64,000 nucleotides of DNA, from assembly GCA_034226945.1 (NCBI GenBank), contig CP120458.1:310001-374000 (forward strand). The letters run 5' to 3'. This document shows positions 61,803 to 64,000 of the stretch, one piece after another; the first letter of the stretch is position 1; each line of letters begins with the position of its first letter. The notes beneath the pieces were generated by a model, which saw only the letters and a list, made by a program, of their open reading frames with translations, did not search any database and had not been told where the DNA came from. The stretch comes from Picochlorum sp. SENEW3. Its lineage: Eukaryota. The translations under genes and the position numbers were made by a program.

Positions 61803-62087
61803 GGCTGCATAGAACGGACTCTTTGCTTACTTTGTTTTTATCAGTCGCATACAGGCGCCATCAAAACGCATCCAGTGAAATGATAGTGCTACATACTTAT
61901 TATTATTCAAATGGATATGCTGTGAGGCTTGTAACAGGCTCTCTCTCATGCGAGCGTGATATTCCGAAATATAGAATTTTGCAACTTGGCACGTTTGGAC
62001 AATGCCTTGTCTTTGCCATTCAGAATAGGAGTTGGTAGTCACAAAGTGGTGTCAGAAGTTTTATACTGCTGCGTAAGTAATGTCAAT

Positions 62088-63285
62088 ATGGTAGATGATA
62101 CAGCAGCCAGAAAAAGCAAACTCGAAGAGTTGATTGAGAAAAAGCGGCAAGAGCAGGACGACGAACGCGAGCGTCAAAGGAGACAGCCCGAGGAAAATAT
62201 TGCAGACATTGATTTTGGAGACGGGTCAGACGATGATAATTTGGATCCAAGACCTGAGGCACAAGGTATGTTTGACCTGTTCAAGACTCTTTGACAGAGA
62301 GTCAGAGTGACCGCAAGCCCCCATCTATGCAGGTGAACAGGTATCGACTGAACATCATGCAGCCAAGCATAATGATGATGATGATGAAGAAGAAGAAGGC
62401 AATGAGGTGCCAAGCCAGAAGGATCTCGATTTCATAGATGATGAAGGTGTTTCACCAGAAGAGAGGATAGACTTTGGAGACGATGAGAATGTTGTCACTT
62501 TTGAAGAGGCTGAAGAGGCCAAAGATGAGATGGACGAAAAATTAGATGGGTTATTCGGACGAGATACGCTGAGAAATTCAGCAGATGCAGAGATAAATAC
62601 TCAGGCAGAGAATCTCATGGCACAGATGGAAGCTGCCCTGGAGGCAGATCTTGAGGCTTTTTCGAAATCAATGCCCGCATTAAACAAGCTTCGAATGCTT
62701 AAAAAGGCGGAAGAAATGTTTTCGATCAGTAGGATGCACGAGCCTTTGATGGCAGGCGGTCTCCTAGGTTTGTTGAAGGGTTGGCTTGAGCCAATGCCTG
62801 ATGGATCACTGCCTAACAGCAAGATACGGACTGGCGTGCTGTCGATGCTCGAAAAATTAAATATAAATTGCGCAAATGAAGACCACAAAGAACAGCTCAA
62901 GCGAAGTGGGATTGGGAAGTTGGTGATGTTTTTGTCCAAACTACCTGACGAGACTGCTGGGAATCGAAGATTAGCTCAGAGTCTAGTGGAATCCTGGAGT
63001 AGACCCATACTTGGATACTCAAGACCTTTGGAAAGTGGATCGATCCAAAGCCGAGATGGACAGGCCAAACCTGCCCAACACTGTCAGGCTAGTAGACACA
63101 AAGACACCCAAGATGCAGAGCTGAGCAAACATTCAGAGAGCAGACACGCAATTATCCCTACAGCAGCCGCATTAGATTACACCATCCGTCCGAAAAGCAA
63201 AGTCAGTATGCCATCTAAAAGCTCTCGCGCGGGCAAACATTCAGAACCAAAATTACTGAAAAAGTTGCTGAAGAAGAGAAAGTGA
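62088..63285 (+). CDS. IWS1: Transcription elongation factor IWS1/Spn1; intron at about 62266-62332
   Basis: Acidic N-terminus, DFIDD, PALNKL, WLEP.PDGSLPN, L..SGIGK..MFL, W.RPI. Confidence 0.92.
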
Positions 63286-63352
63286 AGACTGGTCAGGGAT
63301 GGATTTGGACACATGAGGCACCAAATCCTGTACTCTTTTAGCGATGCCATAA

Positions 63353-63973
63353 TCAATCGTCAACTGTGTCATAATCAACGTCGATAATTGCATCACTAGG
63401 ATCTACATCCACAGATTGTCCTGTAATAGACATCCCTGCTCCCAACAAGAGATTCATCAGAAACAGCACTCCTATAAGCAGTACACCCAGCTTCAGGAAA
63501 GAGGGGATTGCCAAAATACCGACCAATACCCCGGAGATGCCTATTGCACTATTGACAGGTGACACCCCATACGCTGCCGATATCTTATCCAAAATCCCCG
63601 TGACAGCAGATACAGCAAGAACAGCAAGAATGAGGCCAATAGATGGGAGGGCAGTTCCGATCAGGGTTCCTCCCAGCACAAAGAACGCCAACAGGCCCAT
63701 TAACGGAAATAGTATTCCAATAGAATCTGAAAATTGCAGGTCATCTGTTTTCTCTGGTCCTGCGAAACACACACCTCGCCGATTGAGCCTCGGACTTTTA
63801 AAAGTGTCCCTGGGGACTCTGCCTATCGGAGTACAATGGACATTTACAACTATTGGATCATCTCGTCCTTTAGGGACATGCCTCCCTCTGAAAAATGGAT
63901 ACGTACGACGCAAGGTCGCTCTCTCTGTTGGTGCTGTCAACTGTCGGGATACCTGTGAGAATTGAGCAAGCAT
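63353..63973 (-). CDS. Hypothetical, probably plastid, multi-pass membrane protein
   Basis: R/S/T-rich transit-like N-terminus, 3-4 hydrophobic helices, acidic IIDVDY tail. Confidence 0.65.
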   Translation of the reverse strand: MLAQFSQVSRQLTAPTERATLRRTYPFFRGRHVPKGRDDPIVVNVHCTPIGRVPRDTFKSPRLNRRGVCFAGPEKTDDLQFSDSIGILFPLMGLLAFFVLGGTLIGTALPSIGLILAVLAVSAVTGILDKISAAYGVSPVNSAIGISGVLVGILAIPSFLKLGVLLIGVLFLMNLLLGAGMSITGQSVDVDPSDAIIDVDYDTVDD

Positions 63974-64000
63974 ATCTCGGTCCTCCTAACGTATTACACT

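Overview
This is compact eukaryotic nuclear DNA from a green alga; the nuclear rbcS, short GT-AG introns and very small intergenic gaps suggest a Picochlorum-like trebouxiophyte (inference). It holds about 35 protein-coding genes, mostly housekeeping or plastid-targeted. These include CGL160-like, ARF1, a parvulin-rhodanese, MutS2, MYG1, RbcS, a MAPKKK, DNAJC11, a trypsin, RRP40, two SMP-C2 synaptotagmins, a bZIP, PEX22, BLISTER-like, a CHI-fold protein, MCMBP, a NudC-Janus fusion, GDP-fucose synthase, a Sec14 protein, ALG14, two RelA/SpoT homologues, SQD1, ZMAT2 and IWS1. The most striking feature is a complete two-exon glycosyltransferase-like gene (5070-6424) nested on the same strand inside an inferred 1.65-kb intron of MutS2, whose KOW-bearing last exon splices in frame beyond it. 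Other highlights are a NudC fused to a phosphohistidine-phosphatase-like domain, a tandem RSH pair with apparently complementary catalytic motifs, two adjacent secreted proteins sharing a motif I do not recognise (one gene is missed by the ORF track), and two pairs of abutting perfect palindromes. I saw no rRNA, tRNA, CRISPR array or transposase. All intron models were read by eye and need RNA-seq confirmation.
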